Origin: Octopus vulgaris
Lineage: Eukaryota
DNA: 64,000 bases
Direction: 5' to 3'
Assembly: GCA_951406725.2 (NCBI GenBank)
Contig: OX597829.1
Coordinates: 20,212,001-20,276,000 of the forward strand
Below are positions 14,641-30,364 of this stretch, piece by piece. The notes below the pieces were generated by a model, which was given only the letters and a program-made list of their open reading frames with translations, made no database searches and had not been told where the DNA came from. The first letter of the stretch is position 1; each line of letters begins with the position of its first letter. A program made the position numbers and the translations under genes.

Positions 14641-14937
14641 TCATCGTGACCACCGTGACTGACCAGGCTATCAGATGTTGCTACACATTGCTGGTCACAA
14701 TGCGCTTTGCTTTGTTTTAGTCTTTAAATGATGCCACCCTGCTGGCTAAGCGAGCAGGCCAACAGAAGAAAGAGTGGGAGAAAGTTGTGGCGAAAGAATA
14801 GAGCAGAGATTGCAACCACCCCCAGCCAGTGCCTCGTGGAGGTTTAGGTGTTTTTGCTCAATAAACACTGACAATGCCCAGTCTGGGAATCGAAACTGCG
14901 AGTCTGCTGCCCTAACCACTAGGCCATTGTGCCTCCA
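14641..14937 (-). mobile_element. tRNA-derived SINE family D (tail-related fragment at ~40835-40952)
   Basis: Minus strand TGGCCTAGTGGTTAG (A box) and TTCGATTCC (B box). Confidence 0.7.
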
Positions 14938-15114
14938 CACACACACACATGTGTATGTATATATATATATGTAGATATACATGTACATATGTGTGTGTGT
15001 ATGTAAATGTGTATGTATAACTGGCCCGGTTCAATATGTTGAAAACATGTTGGCAGAAATTCTATACAGTGACTGTACTCTGGTCAAACTAATGGAGACA
15101 TGAAAGGTGTAGGG

Positions 15115-15415
15115 CATAGGTTCTCAAAGTGGGTGCTACTGCCCCTGGGTGGGTGTTGACATGGTCCAAGTGGGTGCTGGTGCCTAAGGGGGCAATAGAG
15201 AAAAAGGTGTTGGGAAGAAGGCAGTGGATTGGGGCACACTATGAATTTATTGTATTGTATACAAATTATATAATATTATATTCATATCAAATGATTTATA
15301 GTGTATATAAATTAGTAAAATAGAAAATATTCATTCATAAAATTAGGGGTGAGCGTACTGAGGGTATTATGTGGCCACGAGGGGGGCAGTGGCTCAAAAT
15401 GTTTGAGAACCTCTG
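15115..15415. mobile_element. hAT-type MITE
   Basis: TIRs CATAGGTTCTCAAA / TTTGAGAACCTCTG; 8-bp TSD GTGTAGGG / GTGTAGGA. Confidence 0.85.
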
Positions 15416-15424
15416 GTGTAGGAG

Positions 15425-15745
15425 AATCACAGGAAGGCTCACAGAGAAAATAGACTTTGTGTCAGATGCATTGGTGTAGAAGCTCCCTGAACAGTTTTCC
15501 AACATGTTCTTAGACTGGCTATTATTTTTTTGGAACAACCACTTCCCCTGCTAATTACATCCCATAGGTAACAAAAGATATCACTTTGGGTATCATATAT
15601 GCAGTTTATATATATTCCTTTTTTGCATATTGAACAAGGCAATTTCCCTGAAGACACCAAACTTTAGCCTTTGCTCTGTTTATCTTGAGGTTTTGTGATT
15701 CTAGGTTTAGCTTCCATGCATAAATTTTCTTTATATTTCCCCTAT
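15425..15745 (-). mobile_element. RTE LINE fragment (related fragments at 62085-62640 -, 51220-51390 +, 15790-15905 +)
   Basis: SGKLPCSICKKG..CI motif; FCYLWDVISRGSG; 62118-62387 ORF RIRISWRKIRELLPLL. Confidence 0.65.
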
Positions 15746-16225
15746 TAATTTAGTTATGTGTATTGATGTGTATGTGTATGCCCAACTCCAGATTAACCTA
15801 ACAGATATTCAGATTACCCAAACAGACCTTCTTTGGTGAACTAATAGTTGGCTCTCAGTCATGAGGTGGACCAAAGAAGAGATACAAAGACACACTCAAG
15901 ATCACTTACTGTAATGTTGTGTTGTGTACTGTGGAGTTACAGCATTCAAAATCAGAAATGATCAGAGAAGCTAAAGGGAGGAGGGATGCTTAAAAAGCAA
16001 GAGTCCCTCCAGGTCTTGACCCTGTTTTTATGTACCCTCATTGTAACCAATGATCTCATGCCAAAATTGGCTTTATAAGCCACCTCAAGTTCCTCAGGAC
16101 CAACAAAATGTAAAGCTACTATTCTGATCATCTTCAGAGTCATGAAGGGTGAACCGTGACCGTGTGTGTACCATTAGCGATTTTTTTCCTCCATCTTCCC
16201 TTCCTTGGATCTTTCCTTTTCCTAT

Positions 16226-16260
16226 GTTTCTGACGAAGAGCTCCACTTGAAACGTTAAAT
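16226..16260 (+). ncRNA. Minimal type-I hammerhead motif (stem II decayed) in PLE-like fragment 16150-16361
   Basis: GTTT-CTGACGA-A-GAGC-TCC-ACTT-GAAACGTTA-AAT. Confidence 0.6.
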
Positions 16261-16357
16261 CCTCCTTTCTTCCTTTCCTTTCCTTTCCTGAGTGTCCAAT
16301 AACACTATACTTGTTCCACGTGCTGTGTTTTCTGTTTGTGTGTTTTCATGTTTGGAT

Positions 16358-16389
<32 letters not shown>

Positions 16390-16393
<4 letters not shown>

Positions 16394-18125
16394 TTTGATT
16401 TTTCCAGTTTCAGCTAATGAGCTGTGGCCATGCTGGGGCACCGCCATTTGGTTTGCTACACGGTTTTACCTCACGGATGCTTTTTAGCAAACCCCATCTG
16501 ATGCATGAGAGAGTTCGATGCAGCTGCCCTCATCTGCACCTCCTGCCGTGAAGTTGGTTCATCCGGAACACCTGACAAGAAGAGATCCAGTCCTACTTTA
16601 AAGACATCGGCATCTACACCATGCAGGTCCCTCAGGTTCTTTGGGAGGATATTGAAGAGCCGTGGGCCTCTGAAGCCCAGGCTATCACAATATATTGTCC
16701 TACATCTTGATGGCAAATTTGGAGTCCTTGGTACTACGCAGTGGCGTCCGGTTCTGGCATTTGTGTGACTCTCGATGCCAAAGTCTGGGACAAGACCTTC
16801 CAGGATCTTCCAGATATATATTATGACATATCTTTCTCGCCTACGCTCCAGGGAATAGAGCTTTAATCTCTTGAGTCTCTCCCAGTAGCTCATATGCTGC
16901 ACAGAGGCTATCTTCTTCGTGTAGCTTCGTTGGATTGCCTCAAGTTCTGTGATCAACTTGACACTGGATGGTGACCATAGCTGAGAGCAATAGTCAAAGT
17001 GGCTTAGGACAAGTGTCTTCCAGAGGACCATCATGGTTTCTTGTTCTCTTGTTCTAAAGGTTCTAAGAATCCATCCAGCCAGCCGTCTACATTTCATTGT
17101 CAGTTTAGCAACATGTACATGAAAGGTCGCGTCATCACTCATGTGAATACCCAGGTCACGCACTGATTGTGCCTCTGGGATTGCAATCCCTCCGGGTCCA
17201 GTGTATTCATTGGGTATTGCATTCAGTTTTGCATGCTGATAGTATAAAGCTTGAAACTTTTCAGCATTGAACTGCATGCTATTCTTTTCAGCCCACTTGT
17301 ATATTTCGTCCAGCTCACATTGCAGGTGCTTAGTGTCTTCAGGGTTCTGTATTGCCTGTGAAACTTTTGTATCATCTGCATAACTTGTGATCGTGGCTCT
17401 CTGCGTGGCTGAGGGCATGTCTGAGAGGGCCATTATGAACAGTAGTGGTCCCAAAACAGTGCCCTGCGGAACACGGCTCACTATTTGCTGCTACCACCTG
17501 ACTTCTATTCTTCAGAAAGTCATGAAGCCATTCTCCTAGTTTTCCAACTATGCCAAGATCACGCAGTTTGTGACATATCATTCCATGATCGACTTTATCG
17601 AAGGCCTTTGCGAAGTCGAGATATATGACTTCCACATTTGAGTGGTTGAGCAGTTGTTTCAGCACCCAGTCATAGTGCTGCAGGAGCTGAGTTAAGCAGC
17701 TTCTTCCTGGTCGGAAAGCATGTTGGGTGTCAGGCAGCAAGTCATTTTCTTCAAGGAAGGTGATTAGTTTCCTTCTGACTATTCGTTCCATGACCTTGCT
17801 GATGTGTGAGGTGAGAGAGATAGGTCTGTAGTTCTTGGCCTCCGCTCTGCTACCTCCTTTATGAATAGGGCATATTTTACCTTCCTTCAGTTTTCTTGGA
17901 AGTTTGCCAGCTGCAAGGAAGCTCGGAAAGAGGAACTGCAGTGGTCTTGCTAGGACTCTCTTACATACTTTTAGGAGGATTGCCAGGAATCCATCAGGGC
18001 CAATAGCTGAGTCTGTTTTCATTTCATCTATAGCCTTTATTACATCGTCTTCCTTTATATCGATGTAATTTATCGTCGCCGCCTCTGATTCTATATCTGC
18101 AGTGGTAAAGAAGTCAGTTGGATTG
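16390..18125 (-). mobile_element. CR1-type LINE, 5'-truncated young copy (RT domain, frameshifted)
   Basis: [49 protein letters not shown]; ~26-bp deletion near 17487 versus the copy at 26391; (AAAATC)n tail. Confidence 0.95.
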
Positions 18126-18185
18126 CTGATTAAAGGCGGTGCTCCAGCATGGCTGCAGTCAAATGACTGAAACAAGTAAAGAGAA

Positions 18186-19949
<1,764 letters not shown>

Positions 19950-20100
19950 AAATGAAGAAAATGCTGACAAATAATTGAAGTAATTTAAGTAATTTAATTA
20001 GGTGAAGTTCTTTTTACCGGTTGCGCATTTGTTATGCTTATCAAAATATAAAAGAGAGATTAGAGTTCCTTTCTTATAGAATTTTTCATATATATATATA

Positions 20101-20156
<56 letters not shown>

Positions 20157-20185
20157 CGAGAAAGAAGCAACAAGAATGGATAGGT

Positions 20186-20276
20186 TTTTAGTACAATCGT
20201 TTCATACAAGGACAGGCTTTATTAAAAGTTGCAAAAATTACAGCATATAAACGTGTCCTGTACTCATCAGCTAAAA
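20186..20276 (-). ncRNA. Apparently intact type-I hammerhead ribozyme in PLE-like fragment 20155-20540
   Basis: Minus strand TTTTAG-CTGATGA-GTACAGGACA..TGTCCTTGTAT-GAAAC-GATT-GTA|CTAAAA; 6-bp stem I, long stem II. Confidence 0.75.
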
Positions 20277-20546
20277 TACATGTGAGTTCTCTAGACATCC
20301 TATTGGTTGAGGCTATACTCATGAAGTAGATAATTAAGTAACATAAACAGATTTCCAAAGTTCATTAAAGTTCTTTAAAGATGATGTACAGTCTTATCAC
20401 AGAATTTTAAAAAAGTTTTAACAGCATCACAGAGAAGGTGACCTAATCCATAGTGCACATATGAATTTCCAGAGATATGATGAGGGATTACATACTCACA
20501 GACGACAAATTTATCCATTGTTAATCCATTGTTATTTTTGAATATA

Positions 20547-20627
<81 letters not shown>

Positions 20628-20634
20628 TTATATA

Positions 20635-20693
<59 letters not shown>

Positions 20694-20724
20694 TTATATA
20701 TATATTTATATATATATTTATATA

Positions 20725-20852
<128 letters not shown>

Positions 20853-20869
20853 CATATATATTTATATAT

Positions 20870-21266
20870 TCTCTTTACTTGTTTCAGTCATTTGACTGCG
20901 GCCATGCTGGAGCACCGCCTTTAATCGAGCAACTCGACCTCGGGACTTATACTTTGTAAGCCCAGTACTTATTCTATCAGTCTCTTTTTTGCCGAACCGC
21001 TAAGTGACGGGTACGTAAACACACCAGCATCAGTTGTCAAGCAATGCTAGGGAAACAAACACAGACACACAAACAAACACATATATATATATATACATAT
21101 ATACGACAGGCTTCTTTCAGTTTCCGTCTACCAAATCCACTCACAAGGCATTGGTCGGCCCGGGGCTATAGCAGAAGACACTTGCCCAAGATGCCACACA
21201 GTGGGACTGAACCCGAACCATGTGGTTGGTTAGCAAGCTACTTACCACGCAGCCACTCCTGCGCCT
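20870..21266 (-). mobile_element. SINE family A, full length, young
   Basis: As 7903-8318; CpGs retained; embedded in TA. Confidence 0.92.
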
Positions 21267-21271
21267 TTATT

Positions 21272-21303
<32 letters not shown>

Positions 21304-21353
21304 TATATATGTATTTATATATATATGTATATATATATATATTTATATATATA

Positions 21354-21458
<105 letters not shown>

Positions 21459-21507
21459 ATTTATATATATTTATTTATATATATATATATTTATATATAT
21501 ATATATT

Positions 21508-21540
<33 letters not shown>

Positions 21541-21561
21541 ATTTATTTATATATATTATAT

Positions 21562-21592
<31 letters not shown>

Positions 21593-21616
21593 ATTATATA
21601 TATATATATTATTATA

Positions 21617-21700
<84 letters not shown>

Positions 21701-21719
21701 ATATATATATTTATATATA

Positions 21720-21774
<55 letters not shown>

Positions 21775-21779
21775 TTATT

Positions 21780-21844
<65 letters not shown>

Positions 21845-21845
21845 T

Positions 21846-21878
<33 letters not shown>

Positions 21879-21903
21879 TTATATATATATTTATATATAT
21901 ATT

Positions 21904-21934
<31 letters not shown>

Positions 21935-21964
21935 TTATATATATATTTATATTATATATATATT

Positions 21965-22004
<40 letters not shown>

Positions 22005-22067
22005 AATATATATATATTTATATATATATTTATATATTTATATATATATTATATATATTTATATATA

Positions 22068-22116
<49 letters not shown>

Positions 22117-22123
22117 TTATATA

Positions 22124-22167
<44 letters not shown>

Positions 22168-22168
<1 letters not shown>

Positions 22169-25100
22169 TTTGATACTTTGATAGGTTTCGGCCATTATTG
22201 GCCCAGGCCATGTCTAACTTAATAGCACCACCTGGTGAAGTCTTTCAAGTCAGAATTTGGGCACTATGGCCCACTCAAGTAGAGAGTTATTGTTTACAGA
22301 GACATATCCGGGTGTAGGGGGTTTATCCAGGATTTCTTGAAGGAATCTGTCCAAAGACTTCCTGAACCCTATAGGGTCAGTTTCTGTTTTAATGTGTTTT
22401 GGTGTAATGTTAAAGAGAGCGGGGCCAATTGAGGTGAAATAATTGTGCCGTATTGTTGTTATGAGATGAGAGTGCGATTTTGTTTTGGGCGGATGGCACG
22501 GGGCCCAAGCCTTGGATGTACCCTAAAGGTGATGCCAACATCATTTGGGCAATGCTGATGGAATATTTTCCACATCATGCAGATGATGTAGCGCTCACGA
22601 CGACGTTGGAGAGAATAAAGTTTTAGCTTTTCTAGTCGACCCCAATAGTCGAGGCCTGTCATGCCATCTATCTTTTTTGTGATTGCCCTTTGAGGTGCTT
22701 CAACTTTTATGATACCTTGTATTGTGTGGGGAGACCACAGTGGACAACAGTATTCAAGGTGGGGTCGGGCAAAAGTGGAGAAGAGAAGGATAATGGTGTG
22801 GATATCTCTCGACTGGAAAGTTCTGAGAATCCAGGAACACATTCTGCGGGCCATGTCAACTTTGGTGTTTATATGAGTGGCCCAGCTTATGTTGTCCACA
22901 ATTACTCCCAAGTCTCTGATGTTGTTGGACGCCGCGAGAGTTTCACCTGAAGGAAGGGAGTATGGGAGTTTCAGGGCATCCTCTTTTCCAAAGTGGATTA
23001 ACTCAAATTTATCCTCGTTCAGCAGCATATTGTTTTTTTCTGCCCATTGGATAACAGCCAGTAGATCTGACTGAAGGCATGTCCGGTCACTCGCCTCATT
23101 TATGACCTTCTGTAGCTTGGCATCATCTGCAAAAATTTTTATGTTGATGTGCTTGATGATGTCATTAATGTAAATGATGAAAAGAAGTGGGCCCAGTACA
23201 GTGCCTTGCGGAACGCCACTACTGACTTTGGCTGGGCTTGATTTTACCCCTTCAACTACAACATGTTGAGATCTGTCTGTCAGGAAACACTTGATCCATT
23301 TCAGTAACTTTCCAGAGACACCAATGTTGGATAGTTTTTTCAATAGGATCTTGTGATCGACCCTGTCGAAGGCCTTACTGAAATCAAGGTAGATGACATC
23401 GGTGTTGGAGCCCTCTCCCAAAGCTCTCAAAATGTCATCAAAGTGATGCAGGAGCTGCGTTAGGCAGTCCCTTCCATTACAGAACCCATGTTGGTTGGAG
23501 ATCAGCCGTCTGTTGCTTTCCAGAAATTGGGTTATTCGAGATCTCACCACCCTCTCAAATACCTTGATGATATGAGAGGTGAGTGAGATCGGACGGTAGT
23601 TCACTGCAAGGGACTTGTTTCCCTTTTTGAAGACTGGGACAGAAGGTTTTTTGGAATATAGCCAGCATCCAGTGAGTTTCCCCACAGATTAGCAAGGGGA
23701 GATGCAAGTTGGTGTCGACACACCTTCAGGACACAAGCAGGGAACCTATCGGGGCCTACTGCTGAATTGTGTTTTATTTCGTTTATCGCCACTAAGACAT
23801 CAGGGGCACTAAACGTTATGTCTGATATAGTGTGTTGGGGGTTGACATTACTGATACAGCCCAGATCGGCCATATCAGGATTGCTGAAAACAGAGCAGTA
23901 TTGTTTCTGCAGTATCTCGGCCATGGATTTGGCATTATCTTGGAGAGTGCCAGTTTCGTCAATTAGAGGGCCAACAGTGGAGACAGTGACCCTGCGTTTC
24001 CTCGCAAATGAAAAGAACACTTTGGGGTTGAGTTTGATTTTTTCAATGGCCCACTTCTCCTCAGCTGATCTTTGGTTATTGATGAGGGTCTTCATGCATT
24101 GTTGGAGGTTATATTTTTTGGATTCAAGCAGTGCGATAGCCGTCGAATGTGTGTGTTGCTGTTGGCAGTACTTTAGTTTGTTAATTTTTTTGTTTGTTCT
24201 TTTTATTTTTCTGATAATGGTTTTTCTGTTTTGGGGGATTCTGCACTTTTTGTTCACAGGTCTTGGTGGGGAGTGTTTTGCACATATGTCTGTGACGGTG
24301 TCTACAAAGATCTGCCAAGATGTTTTATGGTTTGTGGAGATGTGTGTATGTGTAAAGGACCAGTCAACATGTGATAGCTCGTTCCTGATTGCATCCCAGT
24401 TGGCATTATGGAGATCCATGTTGTCAAATGGGTGGGCTGGAGGGAGGTCACTAGGATTAGCTTTCGGCTGGTGGAATTTCATGTTACAGAGGACCATGTC
24501 ATGGTCTGAAAGAAGGGTTTTTTCCACTGTAACGTTATGTATAGTGTTAGTGTGGTTACTAAACACTAGGTCCAAAATGTTCTGATGTCTTGTTGGTGCA
24601 AGGACAAGTTGGGACAAGAAAAACTCATTCGTAAAGTCGAAAAGTGACTCTGCTGCTTCTTTGTCAGCGGTTGAGGCGGGAGTGCTTGGTTTCAAACAGT
24701 TTGTAGTCCAGTCAACACAGGGTAGATTGAAGTCTCCCATCATGAGTATGTTGCTAGAATGGCACTGTTGAATAAAGCACTTAATGCTGTTGAGGCATTC
24801 TTTAAAGCACAGTATGGGTGTTTGGGGCGGCCTATAGAGCCCAATTACTGTCAGGTCATTGGCTTTGTTGTGCACGGTGACTGATTCACAGTAGCCGTTG
24901 GAGAATATACTATTTCCATCTGCCGTAAATGAATCATGCAGGAAAATGGCAGTTCCACCCTTCCTCCTGCCGATACGATCCGCGCGGATGGTTGTGAAAT
25001 TCTTCACTCTCACTTCGGCTTCCAAGTGGGAGTTGTCAAGGTGGGTCTCAGTGAGAACGAAGAAAGGGATGTGGTGTGAATGGTTACCAACCCAGTCTTC

Positions 25101-26032
25101 AATGAATTGGACCTTCCATTTTTGTGCATTGATGGAAGGGCTGACACCTTGTGCATTGAGTAGGAATGTGGAGGTTAGTGTAGTGGCTGGTTTTGACTGT
25201 TGCAGGGGGCTTGGATTTTTTGTGTGTGTTAGTGGCAGCAATGTGGGGAATTGGTGCACTGGGGTAATAGCATAGGATGGTGTTGAGTGATGGCTAGAAT
25301 GTTTTTGTGTATCTCTTTTGCCATGTTCAACATGGCTAAAAAAGAATTTTCCTGCTTAGGGAGCAGTTTTTGGCTGGAGGTGTGGTTGCACTGTTGGATA
25401 GGGTTGTAGTTTCCACTTTTGTTGTTGTTGTTTTTGTGTCTTCCTGAAAAGACTGGACCAGCATTACTGCAGCATGGTGTGTTTCTATTTTTATTTTTAT
25501 TCAGGTTTGTGTGTTGGCTTGAAGCCCCGTTTCTGTTTGTGCGTCGGGTCCCTGGAAGATGAGTGAAGGGACAGTCACTCAGCACACATGTTCTCTCACG
25601 TTGGGAATACCGGCAGATTTTGGGACTCCGAGTTGTGTGTGTTTTGAATTTCGATTTACTATTTGGTGGTGTTGATGTTATTGTGGGATGCGTGCTTTGG
25701 CCTTGGCCGGTAGTGCATCTAGTGCCGGGTAGATGCGTGAAGATGCAGTCACTATTTGTGCAGAGTCTCTGGCGCAGTGAATAGCGGCATATTTTGGGAT
25801 TTCTTGTTTGTGCCGTGGGGGGCGCATTCTGCTTCCTATGTTTCTTTAAGTTTTTGTTACTGCAGTAGTATTGAGGTGGTGATGTGGGGGAAGAGGGCAG
25901 TGGTTTCTTATTTGTTTTTTTGTTGGTATTTTTGGTGATAGAAGACGATGGTGGCAGCGGTGGTGATGATGATGATGATAATTGTGGTGGTTGCCGTGAG
26001 AGCGGTGAAAAGATACTGGCATTTAGTGAATC
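22168..26032 (-). mobile_element. Near full-length CR1-type LINE (second family): CCCH-finger ORF1 remnant, APE endonuclease + RT ORF2 with one frameshift near 23640
   Basis: LTETHL, GLYRPP, MGDFNLP, ILDLVF, SDHD (EN); [25 protein letters not shown] (RT); (TATCAAAG)n tail. Confidence 0.95.
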
Positions 26033-26069
26033 ATATATATATATATTTATATAAATATATATATAAATT

Positions 26070-26198
<129 letters not shown>

Positions 26199-26326
26199 AA
26201 TATATATATGATTTTGATTTTGATTTTTCCAGTTTCAGCTTATGAGCTGTGGCCATGCTGGGGCACCGCCATTTGGTTTGCTACACGATTTTACCTCATG
26301 GATGCATATTTATATAAATATATATA

Positions 26327-26390
<64 letters not shown>

Positions 26391-26394
<4 letters not shown>

Positions 26395-28917
26395 TTTGAT
26401 TTTGATTTTTTGATTTTTCCAGTTTCAGCTAATGAGCTGTGGCCATGCTGGGGCACCGCCATTTGGTTTGCTACACGATTTTACCTCATGGATGCTTTTT
26501 AGCAAACGCCATCTAATGCATGAGAGAGTTCGATGCAGCTGCCCTCATCTGCACCTCCTGCCGTGAAGTTGGTTCATCCGGGACACCTGGCAAGAAGAGA
26601 TCCAGTCCTACTTTAAAGACATCCGCATCTACACCATGCAGGTCCCTCAGGTTCTTCGGGAGGATTTTGAAGAGCTGTGGGCCTCTGAAGCCCAGGCTAT
26701 CACAATATCTTGTCCTACATCTTGATGGCAAATTTGGAGTCCTTTGAACTACGCAGTGGCGTCCAGTTCTGGCATTTGTGTGACTCTCGATGCCAAAGTC
26801 TGGGACAAGTCCTTCCAGGATCTTTCAGATATATATTATGGCATATCTTTCTCGCCTACGCTCCAGGGAATAGAGCTTTAATCTCTTGAGTCTTTCCCAG
26901 TAGCTCATATGCTGCACAGAGGCTATCTTCTTCGTGTAGCTGCGTTGGATCGCCTCAAGTTCTGTGATCAACTTGACACAGGATGGTGACCATAGCTGAG
27001 AGCAATAGTCAAAGTGGCTTAGGACAAGTGTCTTCCAGAGGACCATCATGGTTTCTTATTCTCTTGTTCTAAAGGTTCTAAGAATCCATCCAGCCAGCCG
27101 TCTACATTTCATTGCCAGTTTAGCAACATGTACATGAAAGGTTGCGTCATCACTCATGTGAATACCCAGGTCACGCACTGATTGCGCCTCTGGGATTGCA
27201 ATCCCTCCGGGTCCAGTGTATTCATTGGGTATTGCATTCAGTTTTGCATGCTGATAGTATAAAGCTTGAAACTTTTCAGCATTGAACTGCATGCTATTCT
27301 TTTCAGCCCACTTGTATATTTCGTCCAGCTCACATTGCAGGTGCTTAGTGTCTTCAGGGTTCTGTATTGCCTGTGAAACTTTTGTATCATCTGCATAACT
27401 TGTGATCGTGGCTCTCTGCGTGGCTGAGGGCATGTCTGAGAGGGCCATTATGAACAGTAGTGGTCCCAAAACAGTGCCCTGCGGAACACGGCTCACTATT
27501 TGCGTGTTAATGGAAGTGGCCCCATTGGCTGCTACCACCTGACTTCTATTCTTCAGAAAGTCATGAAGCCATTCTCCCAATTTTCCAACTATGCCAAGAT
27601 CACGCAGTTTGTGACATATCATTCCATGATCGACTTTATCAAAGGCCTTTGCAAAGTCGAGATATATGACTTCCACATTTGAGTGGTTGAGCAGTTGTTT
27701 CAGCACCCAGTCATAGTGTTGTAGGAGGTGAGTTAAGCAGCTTCTTCCTGGTCAGAAACCATGTTGGGTGTTGGGCAGCAAGTCATTTTCTTCAAGGAAG
27801 GTGATTAGTTTCCTTCTGACTATTCGTTCCATGACCTTGCTGATGTGTGAGGTCAGAGAGATAGGTCTGTAGTTCTTGGCCTCTACTCTGCTACCTCCTT
27901 TATGAATAGGGCATATTTTACCTTCCTTCAGTTTGTTTGGAAGTTTGCCAGCTGCAAGGAAGCTCTGAAAGAGGATCTGCAGTGGTCTTGCTAGGACTCT
28001 CTTACATACTTTTAGGAGGATTGCCGGGAATCCATCGGGGCCAATAGCTGAGTCTGTTTTCATTTCATCTATGGCCTTTATTACATCGTCTTCCTTTATA
28101 TCGATGTAATTTATCGTCGCCGCCTCTGATTTTATATCTGCAGTGGTAAAGAAGTCAGTTGGATTGGTAATTTGGAAATGCCCGAGGGGTGGAGTGAAAA
28201 CACTCTTGAATTGCTCATTCAGTATTTCACTTACCCTCATTGGTTTTCCTGTGAGTGTGCCATCCTTTTCAAGGAGTGGCCCTATCCTACAGTGCACTGT
28301 AGCTCTTTCTTTGGCATACCTGTAGAAAGCTCTGGGGTTAGATTTTATGTTGTCTATAGCCCAGGCTTCTTTGTCTGCTCTTTCCTTTTCATGGGAGAGT
28401 TGCAGACATTTTTCAATTTCCAACAGTTTTATTTTCAGGCGGGACTTTTCACTGCTTTCAATCTATTTGTTTAGGCGATTTGAAATTTTTGTACGCCGTC
28501 TCATTAAAATTTTCCTCTCTCTGGGGATTTTGTTCTTGTGTACAGTGGCCTTTCTCTCTGGGACACATTTGTAGCATATGGCTTGCGTTACAGACATGAA
28601 TTGTTGAAGTTTCACGTCGATGTCTGGCGAGGAGAGACATTTAGGCCAGTTTTGTTTGAGGATCTCTTTCTCAATTTGTTTCCAGTTTGCCTTATGGTAG
28701 TTCAAGCTGGAAAGATTCTGAGGGTTTCTTGTAGGCTGCATGTCCGTGCTCTCTTTTGGCCCGTACATGGTCAGCTCTACCATGTTGTGATCCGAGAGTA
28801 GTGTCGGTGTCACTTTCACATTATGGATGAGATCCATATTATTTGTGAAGCAGAGATCCAGTATGTTACCTGCCCTGGTTGGTTGGAGTATTACTTGCTC
28901 CATGTACAGGGTGTTGC
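26391..28917 (-). mobile_element. CR1-type LINE, same family as 16390-18125, longer 5'-truncated copy with in-frame stops (extra 3' tip at 26208-26307)
   Basis: Near-identical to 16390-18125; EN C-terminus (NILDLCF, SDHN) plus RT. Confidence 0.95.
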
Positions 28918-28939
28918 TATATATATATATTTATATTTC

Positions 28940-29410
28940 CGGATCCCAGATCGTCCTGCTGTGCCTGAGGAGACCTGTTGAGTCAAGTACATGAACATGA
29001 ACGTCGAAATAAATATCAATGGAAATAGGAGTTATGATGCCTGTGCCGGTGGCACATAAAAAGTACTATCCAAACGTGGCCGATGCCAGCGCTGCCCCGA
29101 CTGGCCTCTGTGCTGGTAAGACCATCCGAACGTTGCCAGCGCCGCCTTGGCTGGCTCCCGTGCTGCTGGCATGTTAAAAGCTCGAACCGATCGTGACCGA
29201 TGCCGGACCCCCCCGGCCCCTGTGCAGGTGGCACATAAAAAGCACCCACTCCACTCACGGAGTGGTTGGCGTTAGGAAGGGCATCCAGCCGTAGAAACTC
29301 TGCCGGATCAGACTGGAGCCTGGAGCGGCCCCTGGCTTCCCAGACCCCGGTCGAACCGTCCAACCCGTGCTAGCGCGGAAAACGGGCGTTAAACGATGAT
29401 GATGATGATG
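28940..29410 (+). mobile_element. SINE family B with (GAT)n tail (copies: 41221-41387 +, 43517-43875 -, 48947-49250 -, 56447-56752 +; decayed at ~9780, 45590, 47820, 52800, 54630, 61780)
   Basis: Shared GGAGTGGTTGGCGTTAGGAAGGGCATCCAGC block and ..GCATGGAAAGCGGACGTTAAACGATGATGA end. Confidence 0.85.
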
Positions 29411-29427
29411 ATATATTTATATATTTT

Positions 29428-29460
<33 letters not shown>

Positions 29461-29493
29461 ATATATATTTATATTTATATATATATATATTTA

Positions 29494-29643
<150 letters not shown>

Positions 29644-29691
29644 TGATTGATTGATTGATTGATTCTAGTTTCAGCTTATGAGCTGTGGCCA

Positions 29692-29826
<135 letters not shown>

Positions 29827-29879
29827 ATATATATATATGTATTTATATATATATTATATATATATATATGTATTTATAT

Positions 29880-30295
29880 ATTTATTATATAGAAGGAGCT
29901 TCTATAGTACTGTTTCATTCAAGAGAAATCTTCAGGAAGCTATTTATTGTATTAGCATTTATACATTTAGGCAGGTTTAAAGGAGTGGTGGTGGGGGACT
30001 TTTTGGGGGTAGGCATAGCGCAAAATATCATACTTGGGGAGTGGTCAAGGAGTCAGTGGTAAGTTAGATGAAAGAATAGATAAATAAAAAAATAAAAAAA
30101 TAAAAAATAAAAAAATAAAAAAATAAAAAATATAAAAAATATATATAAAAAATATATATATAAAATATATATATAAAAAAATATATATATAAAAAAAGGG
30201 GGGATAGAGTTATAGGTAAATAAGGAGATTCTCACTTATACCTATACACACATGTATACGTATCTACACACACATACATACATACACATATATAT

Positions 30296-30364
<69 letters not shown>

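Noticed and set aside
23767-25275. 272-aa and 125-aa + strand ORFs
   Set aside because: Antisense shadows of LINE ORF2
29030-29250. Spaced short repeats (GTGCCGGTGGCACRTAAAA) resembling a CRISPR array
   Set aside because: Internal subrepeats of SINE family B in a eukaryotic context; no cas genes
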